Source: Flavobacteriaceae bacterium (GTDB taxonomy: Bacteria; Bacteroidota; Bacteroidia; Flavobacteriales; Flavobacteriaceae). From it: 54,909 nucleotides of DNA. The stretch is taken from positions 1 to 54,909 of the forward strand of contig JAHDGB010000001.1 in assembly GCA_020627885.1 (NCBI GenBank), read 5' to 3'. The notes under the pieces were generated by a model. It was not told where the DNA came from, made no database searches, and saw only the letters and a list, made by a program, of their open reading frames with translations. This document shows positions 45,998-54,909 of the stretch, in pieces (position 1 is the stretch's first letter; each line of letters starts with the position of its first letter). The position numbers were made by a program, and so were the translations under genes.

Positions 45998-46789
45998 TTA
46001 GTTATTTACCATAATTCTAAACGAATGTTTAAGTCCTTTATAAGCATCTAAATCTGCTCTTAAAGAACCTACAGCCAAATCAGCTTTTATTCTTAAAGGA
46101 AGCTTGTTTTTATCATTACTTACCCATAACGTTAAGCTTTCTTCTTCTTTAAATACACGACCTGCCATAACATATGGTCTAAATTTAAGAGATTCGACAT
46201 CTCCAAATTCAGTATCAATAGTTTCCTTACCTAAATACTTCAATTTAAACCCATAATTTTCCTCATCAAAAAACATATCTAAATTAACCTCATCACCAAC
46301 TTTAAGAGTAGAAGTATCTAGTTTATTACGCAAGTAATAAAATGTAGAAACCATATCTTGAATATTAGGTTTAGTATCTATATATTTTTTTGTGTTTTTC
46401 TTTTTATTAAAAACGTGAGCTCTGTTGTTTCCCTGATCAAAATCTATAACAATATCTTTTTTATGCCCACCTTCGTTAATATTTCTAATAAACTTATACG
46501 GTAACATCGTTTTTTGATAGATATAACTTTCATATCTATCGGTAACTTTAAAAAACCACTTAATGGCTCCAGTTGTCCACCCTTTTCCTACAACATGGAA
46601 AACTGGTTTATTATTATGCATTGTTTCCTTAACAGAGAGGGTTGCATTTCCTGCTTTAAAAAACCCACTGTAGCTCATTTTAAAACGAAACCATTCCCCA
46701 TCTCCAAATGCCGATTCTTGCATAGCCTTTTGAGACCACCCTATATTAATTGAAAATATAGCAAATAGTATAAGTAGTTCTTTTTTCAT
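45998..46789 (-). CDS. DUF3108-like secreted protein
   Basis: 263 aa with a signal peptide. The pattern FGDGEWFRFKMSYSGFFKAGNATLSV... is typical of DUF3108 as I recall it. Confidence 0.5.
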   Translation of the reverse strand: MKKELLILFAIFSINIGWSQKAMQESAFGDGEWFRFKMSYSGFFKAGNATLSVKETMHNNKPVFHVVGKGWTTGAIKWFFKVTDRYESYIYQKTMLPYKFIRNINEGGHKKDIVIDFDQGNNRAHVFNKKKNTKKYIDTKPNIQDMVSTFYYLRNKLDTSTLKVGDEVNLDMFFDEENYGFKLKYLGKETIDTEFGDVESLKFRPYVMAGRVFKEEESLTLWVSNDKNKLPLRIKADLAVGSLRADLDAYKGLKHSFRIMVNN

Positions 46790-47219
46790 AATTTAATTTC
46801 GTTAGTTAAACAACTATTATGTTGTTTATTTTATTGTTCTTCTTAACAAGAAATACAATTATTATTCCAAAAATATAAAAACTAAAAAACTCTATACATA
46901 TAGTTTTTAGGGTTTTTATTGTAGTCATTTAATTCACAACAAAATACGTGACGAACAGTAAGGCAAAAAAATAGATTTATTTAAATGTCTTTCATAACTT
47001 TCTAATCTCTCATTTAAATGAGAGCTTCTCCTTAAGAAACTGCATACTTAATTTATTAGGTATCTAGTTAGAATTAATCTCTTTAAGATAATAATATATC
47101 TTTTAGTTTTTCATAGAGTTCATATAATAGCAACAAAAGATAACAATGAAGGAATTAAAACATTAATTATCTACATATTATTTATTTTAATTATATAAAA
47201 AAACTAAACCTGAATACCT

Positions 47220-49166
47220 ATGAAAAAAACAAAACTACCTTTTATAATAATAATAATACTGTGTTTAATAAACTACAGTCATTCTTATGAGACTCCTATA
47301 TACAGTTCATCTCAAACGACTAAATGTAATAATGTAACTGTTAATCAAACTTATTCAGAGCCAGAAACAAACAGCTATTCATGCGCAACTACGACAATTT
47401 GGACTATTGATGATGGATGGGATAATGGCGCACCCGATATAACAAAAAGAGCTATACTAGCTGATGATTACACTACTGAATATGGTAATTTTACTGCCTG
47501 CTCGCTTATTATTGGTATTGATGTTAGGTTAACAATTAAAAGTGGTGACTTTATAGAAATAAATGATGATATTATAAATGAAGGCGATATAAGAATACAG
47601 CACAAAGGATCCTTAGTTCAAAAAAATAACACTGCTAATTTTATTAATGACAGTGACGCCATTGCCCCTGTTGCTGTTTATAAAAAAACAGCGCCAATCC
47701 AAGAATGGTATGAGTATACCTATTGGAGCTCTCCTATTGAAAATGTGGCTATTGGAGATTTGCTATCTTTTACATCTCCATATAGATTGTTTAGATATAA
47801 TGGTGAAAATTTTAGTGACACCGTAAAGGAAGATTTAAATAATAACACTTTAGTTAGTGGAAGGGATGATATAGATGATGATGGCAATGACTGGGAGTTA
47901 ATTACCGCCTCAACAATTATGGAACCAGGAAGAGGCTATTCTGGGACATTATCGGAAAGAGATTTGAGATATAAGCCACCAGGGTCAGAAATTAGAAAAA
48001 AGTTTGTGGGAACAACATTAAATTGTGGAATCATAAATATTACAGCAAACAGAAATGATGATGACCCAACAAATATGGACAACAATTGGAATTTGCTAGG
48101 AAACCCCTTTGCATCTGCAATTGATGCTACATTATTTTTTAATCAAAATATATACGATGCAACAACGAACCCTAGTGGGGTTTTAGAAGGTGCCATCTAT
48201 TTTTGGTCTCATGTAACCCCCCCTTCTGAAACGACAAATGGGAATGAACCTTTAAATTTTGATGTTAATGATTATGCCATATTAAACTTAACAGGAAGTA
48301 CAGCAGGTGAGCGTTATGCTCCAGACGATTATATCCCATCTGGGCAAGGTTTTTTTGCCTCTTTTAGTAATGATTACCCTAGTAATACTGGAAATGTTGT
48401 TTTTACAAATGAAATGCGAGTTACTGGGCATAATGATAAATTTTTTAAAGAAGGGAAAAAGGAAAATAAACTTTGGCTAAATTTAACTTCAGATAATGGT
48501 GTATACAGCCAAGTACTAATTGGCTATCTTCCAGGGGCTAGCCATGAAAACGATGGTTCTTTATATGATGCTAAACGCTTTTTCTCTGGCGATTCTGCTA
48601 TGTTATATTCTACTATTGAAAATGATGAAAACGAATATGCTATACAGGCTAAGGGACCAAAAAAATTAAACAAAAAAGAGGTTATTAAGTTAGGATTAAC
48701 AACAGCAATTAACATACCCACAATATACACATTGAGTATAGATCATTTTGAGGGGCAGTTTTTAAATAGTGAAAAAATATACTTAAAAGACCATTTAACA
48801 GGAACAACACACAGTTTAAAAGATAGTGATTATACATTTACCTCTGAAGTTGGAATTTTTAAAGAACGATTTGAAATAATATTTAAAACTGAAACTGAAG
48901 AAACTGAAACTGATTATTATAATTCAGATCATTTATTATCAATAATTGAACTTCAAAATAATGAAGTTAAATTTTCTGTAAAAGGAACAAACAAAATCAA
49001 AAAAATAGTAATATCTGACACCTATGGACGTGGTATTATTAGAGCTCACCAAATTAATAAAAAGAACTACATTGCAAATCTAGCGAGTCTTAATAATGCG
49101 GTATATATAGCAAAAATTAAGCTGTCGGATGGCTCATATGTAAGCAAACAATTTATTAAAAAGTAA
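47220..49166 (+). CDS. Secreted protein of unknown function with a probable T9SS C-terminal sorting domain
   Basis: 648 aa with signal peptide MKKTKLPFIIIIILCLINYSHS. The last ~80 aa (...VKFSVKGTNKIKKIVISDTYGRGII...NNAVYIAKIKLSDGSYVSKQFIKK) resemble a T9SS type-A CTD. Confidence 0.6.
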   Translation: MKKTKLPFIIIIILCLINYSHSYETPIYSSSQTTKCNNVTVNQTYSEPETNSYSCATTTIWTIDDGWDNGAPDITKRAILADDYTTEYGNFTACSLIIGIDVRLTIKSGDFIEINDDIINEGDIRIQHKGSLVQKNNTANFINDSDAIAPVAVYKKTAPIQEWYEYTYWSSPIENVAIGDLLSFTSPYRLFRYNGENFSDTVKEDLNNNTLVSGRDDIDDDGNDWELITASTIMEPGRGYSGTLSERDLRYKPPGSEIRKKFVGTTLNCGIINITANRNDDDPTNMDNNWNLLGNPFASAIDATLFFNQNIYDATTNPSGVLEGAIYFWSHVTPPSETTNGNEPLNFDVNDYAILNLTGSTAGERYAPDDYIPSGQGFFASFSNDYPSNTGNVVFTNEMRVTGHNDKFFKEGKKENKLWLNLTSDNGVYSQVLIGYLPGASHENDGSLYDAKRFFSGDSAMLYSTIENDENEYAIQAKGPKKLNKKEVIKLGLTTAINIPTIYTLSIDHFEGQFLNSEKIYLKDHLTGTTHSLKDSDYTFTSEVGIFKERFEIIFKTETEETETDYYNSDHLLSIIELQNNEVKFSVKGTNKIKKIVISDTYGRGIIRAHQINKKNYIANLASLNNAVYIAKIKLSDGSYVSKQFIKK

Positions 49167-49184
49167 CAACTTCATATTTTATAT

Positions 49185-49223
49185 AAAGGTCGTTTTAAAA
49201 ACAATTATAAAACGACCTTTTTT
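49185..49223. terminator. Bidirectional rho-independent terminator between convergent genes
   Basis: Perfect 13-bp stem aaaggtcgtttta (49185-49197) / taaaacgaccttt (49208-49220) with a 10-nt loop. A T-run follows on the plus strand and an A-rich run precedes it. Confidence 0.6.
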
Positions 49224-51651
49224 AAAAGTTATACTTTAAAGATAGTATCAAGTTTCTTCCTGGTGCAGTAATCCCGGAAGAGTATGTTCTATAACGTTGA
49301 TCTGTAACATTCTCCAAACTAGAACTTAATAGTAACTCTTTATTTAACTGGTATTGTACTCTAAAATTTAGAGTATGCCATGAAGGTGAATATGGCTTGC
49401 CATTATCATCTAAAGCATATAAATAGGCTTTTCCTAGTTCTGAAGGTGCTAATTGATTTGAAGATAAAGTGCCATTGAAATTAATAAAAGCATCAGCTTG
49501 AAACTTATCTTTTTTCCATATTACATGAGCATTTCCAAAACTTGGTGAAACATGTCGAACTGGGGCTTCTATTGCATCTGCTTCTTGAGTACCACCTATC
49601 ACATTATACTGAGAAGTGACCCTTAAAGCATTATTCAACTGTATTTTAATACCAATTTCAAAACCATAAATCCATGCTTTAGAGGCGTTTTGAATGGATT
49701 GTATATTGCTCAATTCCCCATCATAAACAATCTGTGTTTCGCCATTTAAATTACCGTTTTTTCTCACCAAGGCTCTATTTAAATAGGTGTAATAAGTCCC
49801 TGCATCTATAATAAAAAAATCATGAAAATTAAGACGCAACCCTAACTCTCCACTATAAGCATATTCAGGTTTAAGATCTTCGTTTGGTACAACTACCGTT
49901 CCTGGTTCAGAATCAAACACTTTTCCAATATCATCGATATTAGGAGCTCTAAATGCAGAACCAAAATTTAATTTCCACTGCATTTTATTATCTGGCAACC
50001 AGGTTATACCTGCAGTACCTGTAAGTGCATCAGAATTATTTTTGGCTTCATTAAACGGTAAGTTTAAATAAACATTATTGGCTTCAAAATTTGCCTTAGA
50101 GTTAATAGCATTATATCTTAATCCTGTTTGTAATACAAACTTTGTATTGGGCTTATATTTCATATTAGTATAGATCGCTGCAGATTGCCATGATGATCCA
50201 TTCGGATATCTTGTTACTGCATTTTCTAGATTACCCGTTTGAATGTTCCTGTTTTGAGCATTAGAATTTACATTATTATAAACATATTCTATTCCATAAA
50301 ATATTTTAGTCGTTTTTATTAGTGTTTTTTCAAAATCTAAATTAAACGATATTGCATCAACTTTTTCTTCGCGTTCTCTCCTGTTTTGAGATTGAAAATT
50401 ACGATCTACCCTGCTCTCATTAAATTTTTGATAGGCTGCGGTAACATTTATTTTATCATATAAATTTGAACGACTACTCCTTTTAGTAACATTCAAGTTT
50501 GTCATAAACCAACGCTGTGGCCCATAAAACCATTCAGCAGATCTTAATTGTTCATTTCGGTATCTAATTAATCGATCATAACGAGGTATATCTGTGCTTG
50601 CCGTATAAAAGACACCCAAATCAAAAGTTAAATTTTCTTTTGGCCTGTATAGTACTTTCTGCATAATATTATATTGATCATAACCAGAAAAGCGCTGCAA
50701 CAAAGGATTGTTATTTAAAACAGTAGTATCAATATTATTATTTGTTATAACAAATTCTGGCCTCAAATAATCATCAGGTCCATTTTTCCCCATTCTTAAA
50801 TCATTAAAAGAAGTATAACTTATGTTTGTTAACCCCCCCCATTTTCTATAACCTAAATTAATATCTATGTGCCCTGTTTTTTCTTCGCTAGCTGTTGCAT
50901 ATCTTATAGCAACATTAGTCTTTGTATACAAAGAATCTGTAGAAGATAGTTTTGGTTTTTTAGTATAAAACCCCATTACTCCGCCAATTGCATCACTTCC
51001 ATATATAACCGATGCTGCACCTAAGATAACTTCGGTGTTTTCAATTGAAAAAGGGTCTACAGATATTACATTTTGCAAATTACCTCCTCTAAAAATAGCA
51101 TTGTTCATTCTTACACCATCTACAGTTATTAATAATCTGTTGGTAGAAAAACCTCTAATCATTGGGCTACCTCCTCCTAATTGGCTTTTTTGCACATAGA
51201 CTTGCCCAGTAGACTTTAATAAATCTGCACTGGTTTGCGGGTTAGTAAAGGCTATCGTTTTTGCATTTACACTCGCTATTTTTTTCGGTATATCCCTTTT
51301 GGTTTGTTCAAACTTTGAGGCAGAAATAACAATCTCATCTAAATCTTGCATATTTAATTTTAACCGAACGATACCGTTAAGAATCATAGCCTTTTTAAGT
51401 GCTTTATTTTGAAATCCTAAATGTTGGAAATAAATAATCTCATCGTTTTTAAATTTATCTAAATTAACTTCTCCATCTAAATTGGTAATATGACTTTGTG
51501 TTTTGTCTTCATTGTATATCGCTACTCCAGGAATTGCTGTTTTAGTCTTACTATTAATCACTTTAATATCTTGTGAGTTAGAAATTAAAACACTTAAAAG
51601 AAAAATGATAACACTAAAAAAAGATGATTTATTTTTAATTAAAAACGTCAT
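49222..51651 (-). CDS. TonB-dependent receptor with an N-terminal carboxypeptidase-regulatory-like domain
   Basis: 809 aa with a signal peptide. The CarbopepD_reg-like segment is IKVINSKTKTAIPGVAIYNE...DGEV, and the plug region reads ...SPMIRGFSTNRLLITVDGVRMNN.... The beta-barrel ends in LSLKYNF. Confidence 0.85.
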   Translation of the reverse strand: MTFLIKNKSSFFSVIIFLLSVLISNSQDIKVINSKTKTAIPGVAIYNEDKTQSHITNLDGEVNLDKFKNDEIIYFQHLGFQNKALKKAMILNGIVRLKLNMQDLDEIVISASKFEQTKRDIPKKIASVNAKTIAFTNPQTSADLLKSTGQVYVQKSQLGGGSPMIRGFSTNRLLITVDGVRMNNAIFRGGNLQNVISVDPFSIENTEVILGAASVIYGSDAIGGVMGFYTKKPKLSSTDSLYTKTNVAIRYATASEEKTGHIDINLGYRKWGGLTNISYTSFNDLRMGKNGPDDYLRPEFVITNNNIDTTVLNNNPLLQRFSGYDQYNIMQKVLYRPKENLTFDLGVFYTASTDIPRYDRLIRYRNEQLRSAEWFYGPQRWFMTNLNVTKRSSRSNLYDKINVTAAYQKFNESRVDRNFQSQNRREREEKVDAISFNLDFEKTLIKTTKIFYGIEYVYNNVNSNAQNRNIQTGNLENAVTRYPNGSSWQSAAIYTNMKYKPNTKFVLQTGLRYNAINSKANFEANNVYLNLPFNEAKNNSDALTGTAGITWLPDNKMQWKLNFGSAFRAPNIDDIGKVFDSEPGTVVVPNEDLKPEYAYSGELGLRLNFHDFFIIDAGTYYTYLNRALVRKNGNLNGETQIVYDGELSNIQSIQNASKAWIYGFEIGIKIQLNNALRVTSQYNVIGGTQEADAIEAPVRHVSPSFGNAHVIWKKDKFQADAFINFNGTLSSNQLAPSELGKAYLYALDDNGKPYSPSWHTLNFRVQYQLNKELLLSSSLENVTDQRYRTYSSGITAPGRNLILSLKYNF

Positions 51652-52357
51652 TAAATATTTTTAAAGATTTTGGCTTTTTAAAACTACCCAAATGTAGCTC
51701 AAAATAGGCTAAAATAAATGATAAAAAAGCCTGTCTTTGTTTACCATTTATCTCAATGGTATTAAGCGCATCAAATGTTGTGCCTAACAACATTTTCAAA
51801 AGGGTTAAATTCTCATTAAAAACAGAATATTTCCCTTTAAATTCATATTGAAATTCGCCTTCTAAAATGTTAAAATACGGCGCATCGATTTTTGTGTCAT
51901 CAGGAAAAAAACCTAAGTATTTTGTTAAGTTTAGCAAAAAAAGTAAATGAAAATTAGAATAGACTTCATTATTAGTATCAAACCATATCAATGATGTTTC
52001 AATATAATTATAAAGTAATTCATTTTTTTCCTCTTCTTTTAAAGCATACGATAATACTTCTGCTATAAACATAGCAACAGTACTTTTCATTATATTAGTA
52101 TGAAGACTTGTATATATATAATTCGGTTTTATTTCTTTCACAAACTGCAAAGAACGATTCGTCTTATAATCTGTTTCTAATTGTAATTGTGATAATAACT
52201 GAAAGTAAGCTATTTTAGAGTTTTTCTTTTTTGATTTAAGAATACTTTTTAATAAGTAACTAACTATTCCATTTTGTTGTGTATAACACTTAATTATTAA
52301 ATCATGATCGTTATATCTAATCTTCGATAAAACGATGGCTTTTGTGCTAGTAAGCAT
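51635..52357 (-). CDS. recO: DNA repair protein RecO
   Basis: 240 aa with N-terminal OB-fold signature TKAIVLSKIRYNDHDLIIKCYTQQNGIVSY. Confidence 0.8.
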   Translation of the reverse strand: MLTSTKAIVLSKIRYNDHDLIIKCYTQQNGIVSYLLKSILKSKKKNSKIAYFQLLSQLQLETDYKTNRSLQFVKEIKPNYIYTSLHTNIMKSTVAMFIAEVLSYALKEEEKNELLYNYIETSLIWFDTNNEVYSNFHLLFLLNLTKYLGFFPDDTKIDAPYFNILEGEFQYEFKGKYSVFNENLTLLKMLLGTTFDALNTIEINGKQRQAFLSFILAYFELHLGSFKKPKSLKIFNDVFN

Positions 52358-54732
52358 TACCTAACAATCATTAATTTTAATACTTTTGTTTCTAAAGAAT
52401 CTAAATTAGTAAGCATCACTAAGTAAACCCCAGAAGCTACAATTTGATTCCCGAAGTTTTTTCCATTCCAAAGTGCTGTACCTCCATCTATTTCTAAATT
52501 GTAACCTTTAAATCTAGAGTTAGTGTTTGATTCTGCTTCAGCTACTAAATTGCCTTCAATATCAGTGATTTTAATGTTTACATTATCCGTAATGTCTCTA
52601 ATTTTAATTTTTTGATCAACTACATTGTAATTTGGACGTATTGGATTTGGAAATATATAAGCTTCATCAAAACTTTCTTTTGGTTTTGAAGATTGGGAGT
52701 TATATGAAAGTAAACCTTTTTCAGTAGCTATATATACTAAACCACTATTATCGTCTATTGAAATATCTAATATACTATTACTTGGTAATGGGGAATTATC
52801 TTTAGTAAAATGTAAAAAAGTATCTTGCCCATCTGAAGAAAGATAAAATACGCCTGAATCTAATGTTCCTATCCATTTATTATTAGAACCATCTACTTCT
52901 ATATCAGAAATATATTGTTGAAATAATAGTTCACTTGCTTCGCCATTATCTAGAACAATAATTTCTGAAGGATTATAATTGGGGCTTGCAAAGAAATTAT
53001 CAGTATTATATATTACTCTTAAGCCATTAACGGTTCCAATCCATACCTGATTTCTTTTATCAACCTCGACTGCTATTACTCTAGTAGATGGTAAGTTTTC
53101 AGAAAGGCCGCTTATATTTTGTAATATTGGGCTCCCATTATTTTCTTTAAAACCTATTAAACCATAATTATGGGTCCCAATATACAGATTCCCATTATCG
53201 TCTGTAGAAATATCTGACACCCCTAAATTCGAAAAAGGATCAGATATGATCTGTCCTAAACTAAAAGATTCCCATTCGTTATCTTTAAATCTATTCAATA
53301 TACGGTCATTTCTACTAGTTGCAACCCATAATGTACCTTCCTTACTATAGTGCGAGGCAAATGTAAATTGATACTCTGTTCCAATAATTGGTTCTAAAGA
53401 ACTATTATCTTGATTATATAATTGTACAGGTTCATTATTTTGAATTTCTATCAATCCTGAAATACCTGAACTTATATAAGCTAAGTTTTTGTTAAACGGA
53501 TTAACTGCTATATAGGATAATGACCAAGGATCTTGTATAGTATTCTCAAGGGTAGAGTATTGAATATTATTCCAGGTATTATTTATTAAATGGCTAATTC
53601 CAGATCTTCTAATGCCTATAAAAGGGTTATATTCATCGTTATGACCTCCATGTGTACCCCATACATCTCCTGCTTGGGTTTTTACTTGAAAAAACTTATT
53701 AAATAACGGTCCATCTGGATGTATCTCATCAAATAATGTGGAGTCATTAATTTGTATTTTTAAAATTCCTAAACCAGATTTCCCTACATCTATAACCCCC
53801 TCAGTGCCAGTGTAAATATAATTATTATCATTAGAGATTGACCCAACAACAAATTGTGTCTCATTATAGTTGTTAGAATTAATACTAATTAACGTCGAAA
53901 AATTCTCAGAATATACAAAAATTTCATTTTGAGTAGTAAGTACCAGTTTACCATTTTCATTTCTTAAATCTAATGGAGAGTTTTGATAAGTATTAAGAAG
54001 AATAGGGGTTGTAATATTATCAAATTCATAAATGCCATTATCTGCTATTTGTGTAGCATATATCTTATTATCAAAAGCTTCAATAGCATTCCAATTATTA
54101 GCAACAACTAATTCCCATTCTTGATAATCAATTAAATTTGGGTTATTAATATCTGCTCTTTGGATTCCCGAAGATGAAGCCGAGTAAATAAAATTATTAA
54201 AAATAGTGGTTTGGTTAATTTTAGATTGCGTTCCACCCATTCCTATAAAATAAGTATCTCCAAACTCAAAAGACTCGACATTATATAATGAAATACCATA
54301 ATCAGTTGAGATATAAGCTATCTCATTAAAAATCTTAAAATGATTTATACTTTTTATATTTGGAGGAATAGTCGCTTTATCTAATATATCTACTACCGAA
54401 AATACTTCTTGATTAGATTCTGTGTATACCTGAATTAATCCATTTTCAAAACCAATAAGTAATATGCCTTTATCTTCTACATATTGAATACTTGAAATAA
54501 TTTCGCCAGATAAACCGTTAATTGTAGATAGTTTTTCGACCTCTTTAGTTTGGGTATCATATATAAAAATAGCATTTTCTGCTGCTCCAAAAACCTTATC
54601 ATCCCCTTGGGAAATATCTTTAATGTCTAAGTAAGAGTAATACGATTGCCAATTATCATAAACCACCTGACTATACAATAGATTTGCTAAACAAATAAAT
54701 AGTAAGATGATTATTTTTTTATAAAATTGCAT
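52357..54732 (-). CDS. Double beta-propeller (two-component-regulator propeller repeats) protein with a T9SS C-terminal domain, PorZ-like
   Basis: 791 aa with a signal peptide and many Reg_prop-like repeats (..W.GT..GL....). The CTD reads AYIFPNPIRPNY...IKITDIEGNLVAE...GGTALWNGKNFGNQIVASGVYLVML...KLMIVR. Size and architecture match PorZ as I recall it. Confidence 0.5.
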   Translation of the reverse strand: MQFYKKIIILLFICLANLLYSQVVYDNWQSYYSYLDIKDISQGDDKVFGAAENAIFIYDTQTKEVEKLSTINGLSGEIISSIQYVEDKGILLIGFENGLIQVYTESNQEVFSVVDILDKATIPPNIKSINHFKIFNEIAYISTDYGISLYNVESFEFGDTYFIGMGGTQSKINQTTIFNNFIYSASSSGIQRADINNPNLIDYQEWELVVANNWNAIEAFDNKIYATQIADNGIYEFDNITTPILLNTYQNSPLDLRNENGKLVLTTQNEIFVYSENFSTLISINSNNYNETQFVVGSISNDNNYIYTGTEGVIDVGKSGLGILKIQINDSTLFDEIHPDGPLFNKFFQVKTQAGDVWGTHGGHNDEYNPFIGIRRSGISHLINNTWNNIQYSTLENTIQDPWSLSYIAVNPFNKNLAYISSGISGLIEIQNNEPVQLYNQDNSSLEPIIGTEYQFTFASHYSKEGTLWVATSRNDRILNRFKDNEWESFSLGQIISDPFSNLGVSDISTDDNGNLYIGTHNYGLIGFKENNGSPILQNISGLSENLPSTRVIAVEVDKRNQVWIGTVNGLRVIYNTDNFFASPNYNPSEIIVLDNGEASELLFQQYISDIEVDGSNNKWIGTLDSGVFYLSSDGQDTFLHFTKDNSPLPSNSILDISIDDNSGLVYIATEKGLLSYNSQSSKPKESFDEAYIFPNPIRPNYNVVDQKIKIRDITDNVNIKITDIEGNLVAEAESNTNSRFKGYNLEIDGGTALWNGKNFGNQIVASGVYLVMLTNLDSLETKVLKLMIVR

Positions 54733-54765
54733 TTATGAAACGTATTTATTGAGAATAATTATAAT

Positions 54766-54773
54766 CAAAAATA
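54766..54773 (-). promoter_or_regulatory. Bacteroidota-type -7 promoter box (TATTTTTG on the minus strand)
   Basis: Perfect TAnnTTTG match 34 nt upstream of ATG 54732. Confidence 0.35.
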
Positions 54774-54835
54774 CTATAATTTATTGTAATTAGATTTAGT
54801 GATATAATATAAATAAGCAATACATCCAAAATAGG

Positions 54836-54868
54836 AAAGAAAAAAGCAGCTTTAAATAAAGCTGCTTT
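54836..54868 (-). terminator. Rho-independent terminator of a minus-strand gene lying beyond the right window edge
   Basis: Perfect 11-bp stem aaagcagcttt (54843-54853) / aaagctgcttt (54858-54868) with a 4-nt loop. On the minus strand it is followed by TTTTTTCTTTCC. Confidence 0.55.
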
Positions 54869-54909
54869 TAATCTATTATTTTATGCTGTATAAAAACTAA
54901 TCTGCTAAG

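Noticed and set aside
4577-48730. Other short track ORFs nested inside or antisense to long genes (4577, 5911, 9959, 12431, 22962, 29932, 32669, 35012, 38213, 40029, 40790, 41228, 41613, 41620, 42856, 45718, 46514, 48524)
   Set aside because: Each is 60-97 aa and overlaps a well-supported conserved gene on the opposite strand or in another frame. They have AT-rich codon-shadow composition (F/I/L/K/N/S rich) and no recognisable motifs.
54868-54909. Possible 3' end of a minus-strand gene at the right edge (…LSRLVFIQHKIID*)
   Set aside because: Only 13 codons are visible. This is the one open frame and it is consistent with the terminator at 54836-54868, but it is far too short to call a CDS.
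1-54909. Genomic island, prophage or defence-system signatures (integrase, transposase, tRNA border, restriction/abortive-infection genes, toxin-antitoxin pairs)
   Set aside because: None is recognisable on either strand. Composition looks uniform by eye, and accessory-looking genes are interleaved with core housekeeping genes.

Overview
Low-GC chromosomal segment with the hallmarks of a Flavobacteriia (Bacteroidota) genome. Those hallmarks are several T9SS-type C-terminal sorting domains, many lipoproteins, recurrent TAnnTTTG -7 promoter boxes, no obvious Shine-Dalgarno use and typical DUF families. Most of it is housekeeping: a complete suf Fe-S operon, thiL, brnQ, lysC, fbp, mfd, pgi and recO. 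I found no rRNA, tRNA, CRISPR array, transposase or integrase.

Four things stand out:
1. A five-gene operon at 32466-37245 encodes two coiled-coil proteins (one with a Roadblock/longin-like C-terminal domain), a Rab/Ras-like small GTPase with Asn in place of the catalytic Gln, and two soluble paralogous hybrid histidine kinases, one with a pseudo-receiver. This is my best candidate for an undescribed G-protein/two-component signalling system, analogous to the actinobacterial conservon.
2. A five-gene envelope operon at 14232-20534 encodes two choice-of-anchor-B propeller paralogs with different anchors, a 7-repeat propeller lipoprotein, an MbnP-like lipoprotein and an MbnH/MauG-like di-haem peroxidase. 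It sits directly upstream of the suf operon.
3. A giant surface-protein gene of tandem FN3+MAM modules at 1-4135 (minus strand) is missing from the ORF track because it runs off the window.
4. Two lipoprotein genes are wedged inside the suf operon.

All calls rest on motif recognition by eye and hand translation. No database search was possible.
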